Positions 18,073-28,287 of a stretch of DNA of 64,000 bases are shown here, in pieces (the stretch's first letter is position 1; each line of letters starts with the position of its first letter). Source of the DNA: Pseudomonadota bacterium (GTDB lineage: Bacteria; Pseudomonadota; Alphaproteobacteria; Reyranellales; Reyranellaceae). The stretch covers positions 10,611 through 74,610 of the forward strand of contig JAEZIF010000296.1 of assembly GCA_023416135.1 (NCBI GenBank), written 5' to 3'. A program made the translations under genes and the position numbers. The notes beneath the pieces were generated by a model. It made no database searches. It saw only the letters and a list, made by a program, of their open reading frames with translations, and was not told the DNA's origin.

Positions 18073-19364
18073 AGCGGCTCGCCCTGGTGAGCGGCCACTT
18101 TGCGCCCAGCAACCTGGTCGGCGCACAGCGAGCGCGGCTGTGGTCGCGCCATCTGCCGGAGTTCGGCTGGGAACCCATCGTCGTCGCGGGGGATCCGGCG
18201 CACTACGAAGAGCGGCCAGACGCCGATCTCGAGCACCTGGTGGCCCCCGGGCTCAGGGTGATTCACGCGCCGACGATGTCGACGCGTCCCGTCCGGCTGG
18301 TCGGCGACATCGGCGTGCGCGCCTTCCGGGGGTGCTATCGTGTGCTGGCTGCGCTGGCGGCACGGCGCGAGATCGACTTCGTGCTGATCACCATTCCGTC
18401 GAACTTCCTGGCGCCCGTCGGCCGGCTGATCCATCGCCGCTACGGGCTGCCGTTCGGTATCGACTACCAGGATCCGTGGATCAACCGCTGGCCCGGCGTC
18501 GATGTGCCGTTCAGTCGTGCCTGGGGTTCGTATCGGCTGGCGTCGATCCTCGAGCCCTGGGCGGTGCAGGGGGCGAGCCTGATCACCGGCATGGCGCCGG
18601 GTTATGTCGCGGGCATGCTCGAGCGTAACCCCAAGGTCGCCGAGGAGGCTGTTGTCGCCTACATGCCGATGGGCATCGCGCCGGAGGACTACAGCCTGGT
18701 GCGCAGTCTCGACCGGCCGCCGTTCCTGTTCCAGCCGGGCGACGGCCATTTCCACATGATCTATGCCGGCGCCCTGCTGCCGGCGGGCGTCGCGGTGCTC
18801 GACGCTCTCCTTGCCGGCCTGAGCGCCCTCAAGGCACGCGCGCCGGCCATCGCCGCTCGTCTCAAGCTGCACTTCGTCGGGACGGGCAGGTCGCCCGACG
18901 ATCCGGCCGGGCACCAGGTGCGGCCTCGCGCCGAACGGGCGGGCGTCGCCGATATCGTCGATGAGCACCCGCAGCGCATCGGCTACGTCGACGCCCTCAA
19001 TCACCTGGGTCGTAGCGACGCGGTACTCGTGCTGGGCTCGACCGAGGGGCACTACACGCCCTCAAAGGTGTTCCAGGCCCTGCTGTCGCGCCGGCCGATC
19101 TTCGCCATGCTGCACCGGAACAGCACGGCCGTGGATATGGTCCGCTCCATGCATGCCGGCAGGGTGCTGACACTCACCGAAGAGTCGTTGCCGGCGGCTG
19201 GCGACGTGGCGGAGGGCCTGCGGTCGTTCATGGAAGACCAGAGCTATGATGCCGATGCCGTCGATCGCGCGGCGTTCGACGCCTATTCAGCACGCGCCTC
19301 GACCAGCGCGTTGGCAGCGGCGCTCGATCTGGCCTGCGAACGGGCCGCGGCGAGGCGGGGCTAG
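18069..19364 (+). CDS. Glycosyltransferase (GT4-like)
   Basis: HFAPSNLVGAQR, LPEFGWEPIV, IDYQDPW, YTPSKVFQALLSRRPI. Confidence 0.8.
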   Translation: MKRLALVSGHFAPSNLVGAQRARLWSRHLPEFGWEPIVVAGDPAHYEERPDADLEHLVAPGLRVIHAPTMSTRPVRLVGDIGVRAFRGCYRVLAALAARREIDFVLITIPSNFLAPVGRLIHRRYGLPFGIDYQDPWINRWPGVDVPFSRAWGSYRLASILEPWAVQGASLITGMAPGYVAGMLERNPKVAEEAVVAYMPMGIAPEDYSLVRSLDRPPFLFQPGDGHFHMIYAGALLPAGVAVLDALLAGLSALKARAPAIAARLKLHFVGTGRSPDDPAGHQVRPRAERAGVADIVDEHPQRIGYVDALNHLGRSDAVLVLGSTEGHYTPSKVFQALLSRRPIFAMLHRNSTAVDMVRSMHAGRVLTLTEESLPAAGDVAEGLRSFMEDQSYDADAVDRAAFDAYSARASTSALAAALDLACERAAARRG

Positions 19365-19366
19365 CG

Positions 19367-20515
19367 ATGGCGCGCATAGGTTTCCTGGTCAGCCATCCGA
19401 TCCAATACTACACGCCGATTTTCCGGGCGCTGGCGAAACAATGCGATCTCACCGTGTTCTTCGCCCATCGGCAAACGGCCGAGCAGCAGGCGCGCGCCGG
19501 TTTCGGCGTGGCTTTCGATTGGGATATCGACCTGCTCTCGGGCTATGAAAGCCGCTTCCTCGCCAATGTTGCCCGCCAGCCCTCGACCGATCGTTTTGTC
19601 GGTTGCGACACACCGGCTGTCGCCGACGAGATCGGCCGCGGCGGGTTCGACGCTTTCGTCGTGCCGGGCTGGGCGCTGCGTTGCTACTGGCAAGCCGTCC
19701 GCGCCTGTCGCAGCCACGGCGTGCCGGTGTTGGTGCGCGGCGATTCGCAACTCGGTACCCAGCGCAATCATATCGTCCGCGCCGCCAAGTCGCTCGCCTT
19801 CCAGCGTCTGCTGCGCCGGTTCGACGGGTTCCTGTATGTCGGCCGGAGGAACCGCGACTACCTCTTGCACTATGGCGCTACGGCAGATCGCCTGTTCTTC
19901 TCGCCGCACTGCATCGACAACGACGCTTTCGCCTCCGCAAGCGCCGCCGCTGCCTTGTCGCGGGATCCCGATCGCCGTCGCATCCTGTTCGTCGGCAAGC
20001 TGATGGCCCGCAAGCATCCCGTCGACCTGCTGCATGCCGTGGCGCGACTGCACGGACGACCGATAGAAGTTGCCTTCGCAGGCTCCGGCGAGCTCGAAGC
20101 CGAGCTCCGGCACGTTGCGGCAAAGGCCTCGGTACGTGCCGACTTCAAGGGCTTCGTCAACCAGAGCGAATTGCCGGCAGTGTATGCGGCTGCCGACTTG
20201 CTGGTGTTGCCATCCAATGCCCAGGAGACATGGGGGCTGGTGGTCAACGAAGCGATGGCATGCGGCGTTCCTGCCGTCGTGTCGGATGCGGTGGGATGCG
20301 GACCCGACCTTGTCGATAGCGGGGCAACGGGGGCGATTTTTCCGTTGGGCGACATTGCGGCACTGGCTGCTGCCATCGATGCCGTGCTGTCGCTCGATCG
20401 GGCTCTTGTTCGGCGCCGTCTTGCGGAAAAGATGGCCCTGTACTCACCGCAGCGCGCCGCTGCGGCCATCGTGGAGGCGGCAGCGACCCTCGAGCGTGGC
20501 GCTCGGCGCCAATGA
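19367..20515 (+). CDS. Glycosyltransferase family 4
   Basis: SHPIQYY, LFVGKLMARKHP, LPSNAQETWGLVVNEAMACGVPAVVSDAVGC. Confidence 0.92.
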   Translation: MARIGFLVSHPIQYYTPIFRALAKQCDLTVFFAHRQTAEQQARAGFGVAFDWDIDLLSGYESRFLANVARQPSTDRFVGCDTPAVADEIGRGGFDAFVVPGWALRCYWQAVRACRSHGVPVLVRGDSQLGTQRNHIVRAAKSLAFQRLLRRFDGFLYVGRRNRDYLLHYGATADRLFFSPHCIDNDAFASASAAAALSRDPDRRRILFVGKLMARKHPVDLLHAVARLHGRPIEVAFAGSGELEAELRHVAAKASVRADFKGFVNQSELPAVYAAADLLVLPSNAQETWGLVVNEAMACGVPAVVSDAVGCGPDLVDSGATGAIFPLGDIAALAAAIDAVLSLDRALVRRRLAEKMALYSPQRAAAAIVEAAATLERGARRQ

Positions 20516-20571
20516 CGCCGGGCTCGATGCCGCCCAGGTGCCTATGATTGCGGCAACGGAAGCTACTCGTC

Positions 20572-21465
20572 CTACTGCGCGCGAAAATGCGCGATCAGCC
20601 AATCGCCGCGGTTGATGGGGCAGCCGACCAGATCGATCAGCCCGCTGAGCGCGCGTCGAATCAGAGGACGATATCCCTTCGAAAAATTGCCCTTCAGTTC
20701 CGACAAATACGTCGGGATCACCCACGAATCATAAAAGCGACTGTACAGGGAGCAGTTGCGCGAACGGATAATCGAGAATCGGGCTCGTGACGCGCATGTG
20801 ATCAGACCGGATTCAGTAAAACCCGTAAGGTGCTCGGGGTAGTACAGGCAGCCAGACCGTGTGGCCGAGCCGGTGACCAACTTCCTATACGAATAGGAAA
20901 GCAGCGAGCTCAGACTTTCGCGATTTGGTACGTGTACGACGAGAATGCCGCCGGTTTCGAGTTTGCGATGGAGCTTCCTCAGCACGACGGTCGGGTCCTC
21001 CAGATGCTCGATGACGTGGAAAGCTGTAATCACGGAGCAGCTGGCGTCCGTCAGCTCATCCAAGGAAATGAAGGGTACTCGGAATGCGCTACTGCCCGCT
21101 TTTATGGCGACGGGCGAACTTTCGATTGCCGCAGCATCCCAGCCCAGCTCTCGGGCAATGGCGCAGAAGTATCCTGGCCCTGCGCCAAAGTCGATGAGCC
21201 GGCGTCCGGGCGGTCTTAGGCGCTCTATTTCTCGAAGCTGAAACCGGAAGCGGGCCCGCCTGAGGTCAAGCTGCCGTTGGAACTCGTGATCGTCGAACGC
21301 TGCCAAATAGGGGTAGTAGGTTCCGTAATCGTGCGCTTGCGCAACCGGTCGCTTGTAGAACGCCGTCCCGCAGCGTCTGCACAAGAAAATCGGCTCGCCT
21401 ACCCCATCGCTCCAGCGCCTGGTCTGCGAGGATGCGCACGCGGGGCACACGACTTCATTTGTCAT
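20572..21465 (-). CDS. Class I SAM-dependent methyltransferase with N-terminal CxxC...CxxC
   Basis: CPAC...CRRC, LIDFGAGPG, FHVIEHLEDP, GILVVHVPN, YPEHL; more AT-rich than neighbours. Confidence 0.85.
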   Translation of the reverse strand: MTNEVVCPACASSQTRRWSDGVGEPIFLCRRCGTAFYKRPVAQAHDYGTYYPYLAAFDDHEFQRQLDLRRARFRFQLREIERLRPPGRRLIDFGAGPGYFCAIARELGWDAAAIESSPVAIKAGSSAFRVPFISLDELTDASCSVITAFHVIEHLEDPTVVLRKLHRKLETGGILVVHVPNRESLSSLLSYSYRKLVTGSATRSGCLYYPEHLTGFTESGLITCASRARFSIIRSRNCSLYSRFYDSWVIPTYLSELKGNFSKGYRPLIRRALSGLIDLVGCPINRGDWLIAHFRAQ

Positions 21466-21836
21466 GCGGCCGATCTTCGGCCCCGGTTGTCGCCACGTCC
21501 ATTCGCATGCCAGTCTTTCGATGGAACTCAGCCCGCTCGCATGATGGGCTCGGTCGATTAACATCAAGAGTTCTCTGCCGCAAGTAGACCCTTCGACCGG
21601 ACGACACGATCAACGAGACGTTGTCGACTTCATTGAGCGGGGCACCCGCAGGGGTCGAGATGGCGCCAACACCGCCATGCGGGTCCGCGACGGGGCAACG
21701 TCACGGTTTCCAATGGATTGCTACCGCTGGTATGGTCATGCCCAGCGTGGGGGAGAGGGGGAGTTTGCCGCCTGCTTTAGTCGGCCGAGAGCCATCTCGA
21801 TCGGTTCTGTTCGCGGGGCACACTCGGGCAGTACGT

Positions 21837-22982
21837 ATGTCAAAGACATATCTTGTGGTCGGCGCCGGATTCACGGGCGCCGTGCTTGCCGAGCGTATCG
21901 CCAGCCAACTCGGCGCGCGCGTGATCTTGGTCGACCGTCGTGATCATGTTGGAGGCAACGCCTTCGACGTTGCCAATCAGGCCGGTGTGGTCGTCCACCC
22001 CTATGGACCGCACATCTTTCATACCAATTCGGCGCGCGTGGCCGAATACCTCTCCAGGTTTACGGTCTGGCGACCCTATGAGCATCGCGTCCGTGGCTTG
22101 GTAGATGGCCAGTTCGTTCCGTTACCTTTCAACTTGACGTCCATGGAACTCGTATTTGGCTTGCGGGAGGGAAGGCGGCTCAACAAGCTGCTCACGGACG
22201 AGTTTGGCCTGGATATGAAAGTCCCTGTCCTGAGCATGCGCGAATCCGCTTCGTGCGACATTCGCAAGATCGCCGACTTTCTCTACGAGCGCGTGTTCCT
22301 ACACTACACGACGAAACAATGGGGCATGACACCGAGGGACCTGGCACCTTCCGTTCTGGCGCGTGTTCCCGTGCATCTCTCGCGCGACGAGCGATATTTT
22401 CAGGACAGTTTCCAGTACATGCCGGCACCTGGCTATGCATCGCTTTTCGGGCGGATGCTCGACCACCCTCTTATCGAGGTGAGGACGGGAACCCGCTTCG
22501 AGGATGTGGAGGGCACGGAGAAGTTCGATCGTGTTGTCTTCACCGGACCAATCGATGAGTTCTTCCAACACCGGCACGGTCCGCTTCCATACCGAAGCGT
22601 TCGCTTCGATCACCTGACATCGGCCGCGCGGTGTGCCACGCAGTCCGCTCCCGTGGAGAATTACCCGACGCCGGCGACCGCACATCCTTTTACGCGTTCC
22701 ACCGAATATCGCCTGTTGACGGGGCAAGCCGACATCGAATGGACGACGCGCGCATTCGAATATCCCGAGCCGTATGTGCCCAACCGCAACGAGCCTCATT
22801 ACCCGATCCCGAGCGACGAAAACCGAGCTCTACTCGAGAAATATCGCGCCGACGCGGATAAACTCGAAAGTGTGACCTTCGCAGGGCGCCTTGCCGACTA
22901 TTCCTACTACAACATGGACCAGGCGGTCGGTCGGGCGTTGGCATGCTTCGAGAAGGAAATCTCGCGGCAGCTTCTGGACTGA
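21837..22982 (+). CDS. glf: UDP-galactopyranose mutase
   Basis: LVVGAGFTG, RDHVGGNAFD, HPYGPHIFHTN, YTTKQWG, YFQDSFQYMP, LPYRSVRF, EPHYPIP, GRLADYSYYNMDQAV. Confidence 0.95.
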   Translation: MSKTYLVVGAGFTGAVLAERIASQLGARVILVDRRDHVGGNAFDVANQAGVVVHPYGPHIFHTNSARVAEYLSRFTVWRPYEHRVRGLVDGQFVPLPFNLTSMELVFGLREGRRLNKLLTDEFGLDMKVPVLSMRESASCDIRKIADFLYERVFLHYTTKQWGMTPRDLAPSVLARVPVHLSRDERYFQDSFQYMPAPGYASLFGRMLDHPLIEVRTGTRFEDVEGTEKFDRVVFTGPIDEFFQHRHGPLPYRSVRFDHLTSAARCATQSAPVENYPTPATAHPFTRSTEYRLLTGQADIEWTTRAFEYPEPYVPNRNEPHYPIPSDENRALLEKYRADADKLESVTFAGRLADYSYYNMDQAVGRALACFEKEISRQLLD

Positions 22983-22988
22983 TCGTGT

Positions 22989-24140
22989 GTGACCATGATC
23001 CGCGTCCGCTGGTTTCGTAACCACCATGAGCATCGGAATTACTGGCTGCGCTTCGGCTTGATGCGGAAGCATCGTATGAGGCAGATTCACTATTCCGAAT
23101 ATCCACTGGCGGCCTGCGTGGACGCCGGGTTTGATTCGATCGTTGCTGCTTACGAGCACCGGCATACCAGCGTCGTTCTCGTCGAGGACGGAGCGAGCGC
23201 AACGCGGTGCATCGTCGATAGCGAGGATTCCTTCTTTTTCCTGTCGCCAGTGCTGTTGCAGCATGCCGATCTCTATTTTTGCGCTGGCTACAATAGGGCG
23301 TTCTTCCGGGACCGGGCATTCACGCCGCCGTACGCCTGGCACGAACCTCACGAAGTGTCGTTCTATGTCCAGCGCGCTTGCGACCTGATCCGCGAGTGTG
23401 GGACGCAATTCATGCGAGTGCGTCCGTTCGTGCCGATCGGGCCGAGCCTGCACATCGAGGTGCAGCTGCCATTGGTGATGCGAAAGCTGCGCAACGCGCA
23501 CGACAAGATCGCTCGTAGACGACCTGCGCAGTCGTGGCTCTTCGAATATGCTGATTTCGAGGCGCGTTATCGTCAGCTCCTCGATCTCCGCACGGCTCCC
23601 AGCCTGCATGACATTGCATTGCTTGACACGCTCTGGGGATGGCCGAGGCATCGTTACGCCCTTCACATGCGCTTGAAGGCATTGGCAAGGGACGGCAGGG
23701 CGGTTCACGCACGTCTTCGCTGGAGTGAGCCGACGGCGCTGGACGGCAGCGATCGCTTCCCGATGACGCCAGCAGATTTCCCCGTCGAGACCGGCCGGAT
23801 CGACAACTACGAGAAGATGCTGGCGTCCAGCCGCCTAGCCGTGTTCGCGACGGGGTTTCATTGGGGGTGGCGCAATATCATGTCCTTGGCACTCATGTGG
23901 GGACTGCCGATTCATGCCGACCGGCTGCTCTTGGAGCCGTGGTTCGACATGAGTCAGTTCAACATCAGTTGGAATGATGATCTCGATTGGCCCGGGGTCG
24001 CCATGGTACTCGCCGGCATGAGCGATGACAGGATCGCGCGGATCAAGGCGCACAATCGGGCGGCTTTCGATCGCCTGCTGGCTCCGGAGAAGGTGGCGGA
24101 GTATTTCGTTGCTGCGACCATGCGTTCGACCTGCGGATGA
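22989..24140 (+). CDS. Putative glycosyltransferase (GT-B-like C-terminus), otherwise hypothetical
   Basis: YEKMLASSRLAVFATGFHWGWR, AFDRLLAPEKVAEYF; operonic with glf. Confidence 0.6.
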   Translation: MTMIRVRWFRNHHEHRNYWLRFGLMRKHRMRQIHYSEYPLAACVDAGFDSIVAAYEHRHTSVVLVEDGASATRCIVDSEDSFFFLSPVLLQHADLYFCAGYNRAFFRDRAFTPPYAWHEPHEVSFYVQRACDLIRECGTQFMRVRPFVPIGPSLHIEVQLPLVMRKLRNAHDKIARRRPAQSWLFEYADFEARYRQLLDLRTAPSLHDIALLDTLWGWPRHRYALHMRLKALARDGRAVHARLRWSEPTALDGSDRFPMTPADFPVETGRIDNYEKMLASSRLAVFATGFHWGWRNIMSLALMWGLPIHADRLLLEPWFDMSQFNISWNDDLDWPGVAMVLAGMSDDRIARIKAHNRAAFDRLLAPEKVAEYFVAATMRSTCG

Positions 24141-25081
24141 TGGGGCAACGGATGAAATTGGAAGTGCTGGATCTGGCGAGACGATGGAAGCGGCGCATCG
24201 TAACGAAGTGGCGACAGAGAACTTGGATACCCGCTTGGACGAGCCCAGAGGAACAAGGCTACCTCACGAAGTACGCGGCCCGGGATTACACGGGAACTGG
24301 CGAAATCATAGATCTGGGTTGTCTTCTGGGCGCGACGACCATAGCGCTCGCGAGAGGCTTGCAAGTCAACGGTTCCGTCTCGAACAAGGCAGGGAGAATT
24401 CACGCCTACGATCGCTTTCAATGGGAAGAAGTATTCGGAACGCTGCCCGGCGGATTTGCTCGCCGATACGAACCTGGCGAAAGCTTTCTCGGAGAGTTCG
24501 AAGCTCGCATCTCCAAGCTCGCAAGGTTCATAAAGTCATATCCAGGCGATATTACCGAGATCGGTTGGCGTGGTGATCCGATAGAGTTCCTGCTGGTCGA
24601 TGCCAACAAGTCGTGGGCGCTGTGCGAGTTCATCGGCCGGCGGTTTTATCCGCATCTTCTGGCAGGCAGTTCGTATATTTTTGAGCAGGATTTCAAGCAC
24701 TACTACACGCCCTGGGTGCACATCCTCGGCTATCGACTCAGGTCGGTCCTGCTTCCGTATTGTGAGATGGCGGGCACTTGCAGCATGGTGTTCAAGCCAA
24801 CCAAGGCGATCGATCCCGCGATGGTTCCTTCAGTGGAGGAAATGAAGGCGGTCAGCCCGGAAGAACTGGACGAGGTATTCGACCTTTCCTTGAGCCTTGT
24901 CCGCAGCGGCTCGACCTGGGAGAGAGCAAACGTGATGGCATCAAAGGTGATGTTCTACATACATCAGAACCGCATGGCAGAAGCACGTGAGGTGTTCGAT
25001 GCCGTGAAAGCCAAAGGGTTCACCATTGATTCGGACCTGAATGTGTGTGGCCGGCTTCTTGCTGAGGAGTCGACGCAATAG
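24137..25081 (+). CDS. Class I SAM-dependent methyltransferase-like protein
   Basis: IIDLGCLLGATT, IHAYDRF, PIEFLLVDANK; ATGA-coupled. Confidence 0.75.
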   Translation: MMGQRMKLEVLDLARRWKRRIVTKWRQRTWIPAWTSPEEQGYLTKYAARDYTGTGEIIDLGCLLGATTIALARGLQVNGSVSNKAGRIHAYDRFQWEEVFGTLPGGFARRYEPGESFLGEFEARISKLARFIKSYPGDITEIGWRGDPIEFLLVDANKSWALCEFIGRRFYPHLLAGSSYIFEQDFKHYYTPWVHILGYRLRSVLLPYCEMAGTCSMVFKPTKAIDPAMVPSVEEMKAVSPEELDEVFDLSLSLVRSGSTWERANVMASKVMFYIHQNRMAEAREVFDAVKAKGFTIDSDLNVCGRLLAEESTQ

Positions 25082-25092
25082 GTCGCCGAACT

Positions 25093-26037
25093 TCAGGGCC
25101 AGCCGCTTGCGACCTGCAAGCGGCGCGCCGCGCGCCAGCCGATCAGGCGGGAGAGGATCATGAACGTCGGCCCGCCTCGAGGCAGAATGGTCTCCTGATG
25201 CAGGGCGTGAGCGCGTTCCAGGGCCCTCTCGGCCAGCAACGGATCATAGGGATAGCAAGCGTGGGCCAGATGCTGCCAACTCAGTGAAAAGCCGCGTCGA
25301 GCAGGCTCGCGGCTGTCCTTGGCCAGCACGTACTGCTGGCACAGCTCTATCACCTTCTCTTGTGAGGCCCAGTGCGCCGGCGTCTTGCGGCCGGAGAGGC
25401 TCCCCGAAATCCCCGAGCGATAACGGCAACGGGCGCCCTCGCAGAACAGGACTCGTTCGGCGGCCAGGAGCACGCGGGTAAAATATTCCGCATCGTTGTT
25501 GAGCGTCAGATCTTCGCGCCAGGCTCCGGCGGCTCGGGCAATGGGCATGGGTACGAGCCACAAGGCCGGAAACATCATTCCCAGGCCGTTGGCCCGCGAT
25601 TCCACCAGCCAGTCGAGGCTGGCGAGGTCGCGCGAGACGGTCTCGGCTTCGAAGCTCGTATCTTCGGGCCGTTCGTAGAATCTTCCCCAGCGAGCGGAAG
25701 CGACACAGCGTGGCGCGACAGTCAACCTCGCCATTTGGATCTCGATCTTGTCCGGGTCGAGCAGATCGTCGGCGTCCAGATACTGGACGAAATCGCCTGT
25801 GGCACGCGCCAGGCCGACGTTGAGCGCTGCCGTCTGCCCGCGATTGGATTGCCGAATGAGGGTAAGGCCGAGCTCTGCAAATGTTTCGATGATCCGAACG
25901 CTGTCATCGGTCGAACCGTCGTCGACAACGATGACCTCGAGGTTCGGCCACGTCTGCCGCCGCACGCTATCGAGCGTCTCACCGACATATCGCGCGGCGT
26001 TGTAGCAGGGGATGATCACCGAAACTTTGGCGGTCAT
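25093..26037 (-). CDS. Glycosyltransferase family 2
   Basis: VSVIIPCYNA, VIVVDDGSTD, QYLDADD, NNDAEY. Confidence 0.93.
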   Translation of the reverse strand: MTAKVSVIIPCYNAARYVGETLDSVRRQTWPNLEVIVVDDGSTDDSVRIIETFAELGLTLIRQSNRGQTAALNVGLARATGDFVQYLDADDLLDPDKIEIQMARLTVAPRCVASARWGRFYERPEDTSFEAETVSRDLASLDWLVESRANGLGMMFPALWLVPMPIARAAGAWREDLTLNNDAEYFTRVLLAAERVLFCEGARCRYRSGISGSLSGRKTPAHWASQEKVIELCQQYVLAKDSREPARRGFSLSWQHLAHACYPYDPLLAERALERAHALHQETILPRGGPTFMILSRLIGWRAARRLQVASGWP

Positions 26038-26321
26038 GGGCGTCGCGATGAGACGCGATGATGAGCGTGCGCTGCGCGTCGTTCTGCAGGGGCGCCTTCA
26101 GGCGCTCCGGCAAGGGTTTCGAGCAACTTCTCCCAAGAGCCCAATCCACTCGACGGCATCACATCGGCCAACCATGCCCTCGGGCATGTCCTTGGTACTT
26201 TCTGATCCGCTATAGGCCATAGACCCTGCCAATCAGCTCTGCAATACGAGCCCAGTCGGACGCGGACGAGTTCATGCAATCTGCGGCGCGCTTTCCTGCC
26301 ACGAATGGCGAGCGGTCTCCG

Positions 26322-27335
26322 TCACGGCCGCCTGCCTCGCTCGGCGTCGGCGATTGCCCGGCGCCAGCCGTGTTGGAAATACGAGCGTTTCGAGGACGAA
26401 ACATAGTGATGCAGGGCAGCCGTCGGAGTGCGTCCCTCGGCGAGGCCGGGCAAGACCACGTAGTCGGGCGGATCGAGTCGATGGCACTTCTGGCCGGTCA
26501 GGAGCATCGCGGTGAGTGCCTGCTCCTGAAAGTAGTGGGTTCCTTCCCGTTCCAGCATTTCTCGGCACCAATACTCGAGTCGGTCCCAATCGATGGCGTC
26601 AGACCGCAGGCCGCAGACCCCGACATTCACGCGCGCCGGCGGTTCGCCTCCTGCAAGCTCACGCATCAAACGGGCCGAATAGCCGTAGGCGCTGGTGCTT
26701 TCGACGAGGCAACAGGGGTGGTCGGGCGCAGCCAGCCAGTCCAGCAGCGCCTTCGGCGAACGAAAGACCAGCATGTCTGAGTCGAGAACCGCCAACCAGC
26801 CGCTGCGTCCGGCGTGGATATCGGTGAGCTTGCGCAGATGGGGATAGCTCAGCCGACGACGGCGCAGGGCAGGAAACCTCGCGAACGGCAGATGCGTGTC
26901 GAGCCCGGCCTCGATCTGGGCGCTGGCAACCAACCGGGCCCAGGGCACCACCCGGCTGAAGGCGGACCAGATGACTTCGTTGAAGGTCCCGTCGTCGTAC
27001 ACCACAGGCATGATCCGCACGCGAGAATGCGTCTGGAGGGAGACGACGCAGAACAGGGTCTGCCACCAGAAGCGCTCGCCGCTGAGGAACGCGATTTCAA
27101 CGGTGTCGCGGCCCCCGCGAGCGGCCAGCGGCGATAGCGCCTGGGCCGCGGCAATCATCTCGAGCCGGGCCTGTTCGGTGCGCCGCTGTTCCCAAGGCCC
27201 ACCTTCGGCAATCGATTGGCGGAGCCGGCCAAGCGGCTCGTGGTAGTAGCGCAACACGGCCGGTCCAAGGCCGAAGGCTCTCGAAAAGCGGCGCAGGCGC
27301 CCGGGCAATGCCATGACAGCCTCAGCCGGCGCCAT
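26322..27335 (-). CDS. Putative GT-A fold glycosyltransferase (DxD)
   Basis: VVYDDGT, LRKLTDIH, LAVLDSDMLVF, VNVGVCGL, YFQEQA; start 27335 or 27314. Confidence 0.7.
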   Translation of the reverse strand: MAPAEAVMALPGRLRRFSRAFGLGPAVLRYYHEPLGRLRQSIAEGGPWEQRRTEQARLEMIAAAQALSPLAARGGRDTVEIAFLSGERFWWQTLFCVVSLQTHSRVRIMPVVYDDGTFNEVIWSAFSRVVPWARLVASAQIEAGLDTHLPFARFPALRRRRLSYPHLRKLTDIHAGRSGWLAVLDSDMLVFRSPKALLDWLAAPDHPCCLVESTSAYGYSARLMRELAGGEPPARVNVGVCGLRSDAIDWDRLEYWCREMLEREGTHYFQEQALTAMLLTGQKCHRLDPPDYVVLPGLAEGRTPTAALHHYVSSSKRSYFQHGWRRAIADAERGRRP

Positions 27336-28287
27336 GTTGCGCACGCCAAAGATCGGCGCGGCCGTCGAACTGGCCACAAGCCCCCCGCCACCGGATGTAG
27401 GCGGCCGGACCGGACCAGGCACGGTAAGAAAGATAGGCTCGCGCTTTTCGCACCATGAGCCTGCTCGGATCGAGCGCTCGCCAAGGCCTGATTCCGTGGA
27501 CGTCGAGAACGCGGATCCAGGTTCGGTTGGTGCTATAGGCGTAGGCGGCGAGGTAGTCGCGGGTCAGGCGGCCCGCCGGAATCACGTGTTCGAGCCGCAG
27601 CCCGGGCAGGTAGGCGACTCGCCAGCCTCTCTCCAGCACAACCATGATGATGTCGTTGTCCTCGCCGCTGGCCAGATCCGCTCCCCGCCGGCCCAGCCCG
27701 AGGCGCCCTGGGCTTGCCGCGGCCGCCGACGCATAGGCCGCGAACAGGTCACGCCGGATGACGAGCCCGGCGCCGATTGGGGCGCAGCGAGGGTAGGATC
27801 GCTTGGCGTGATCGATGCCTTCCCAAGAGGCGTATTGCGCTGTCTCGCCGAGATCTCGACAGGCGAGGTCGATATCGAGGCTGTCAAACCACGGCGGCGT
27901 CGGCACCTCATAGCGCGCGATCGACCTGCCGCCGGCGGCCCCCAGAGAAACGTCCGCCGACATAGCTTCCGCGGCGCGGCTCAAATAGGCCTCGTCGAGC
28001 AGATTGTCGTCATCGACGAACGCCAGGATCTCCCCCGATGCCTCGGCGAGTCCGCGCAGGCGAGCATGAGTTAGACCGAGACGCTCCTCTCGTACGATGC
28101 GTGCCCTCTCGAGGCCGCGCAAATCGATCGATCCGTTCAACGGACGGGTACTGGCGTTGTCGACAATGATCAGTTCCCAACAGCCTTCGTCGAGCGCCCG
28201 TTGGCGCCGCAGGGCGTCAAGGGCCTCCTCGAGCACGGCCCGCCGCGGGTCGTGCGTGCAGAGGATAACCGAAAGAAAAGTCGTCAT
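27322..28287 (-). CDS. Glycosyltransferase family 2
   Basis: LSVILCTH, IIVDNAS, GLTHARLRG, FVDDDN, SGEDNDI. Confidence 0.92.
   Translation of the reverse strand: MTTFLSVILCTHDPRRAVLEEALDALRRQRALDEGCWELIIVDNASTRPLNGSIDLRGLERARIVREERLGLTHARLRGLAEASGEILAFVDDDNLLDEAYLSRAAEAMSADVSLGAAGGRSIARYEVPTPPWFDSLDIDLACRDLGETAQYASWEGIDHAKRSYPRCAPIGAGLVIRRDLFAAYASAAAASPGRLGLGRRGADLASGEDNDIIMVVLERGWRVAYLPGLRLEHVIPAGRLTRDYLAAYAYSTNRTWIRVLDVHGIRPWRALDPSRLMVRKARAYLSYRAWSGPAAYIRWRGACGQFDGRADLWRAQHGAG

Noticed and set aside
20512..20547. Coupled micro-ORF MTPGSMPPRCL after the GT4 as a scar of a lost gene
   Set aside because: Too short to assign; similarity to the Wzy-like N-terminus is weak
26040..26320. Small ORFs or a glycosyltransferase remnant (DWARIAELIGRVY)
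   Set aside because: Only a short resemblance to a GT4 C-terminal helix; cannot be supported without a search
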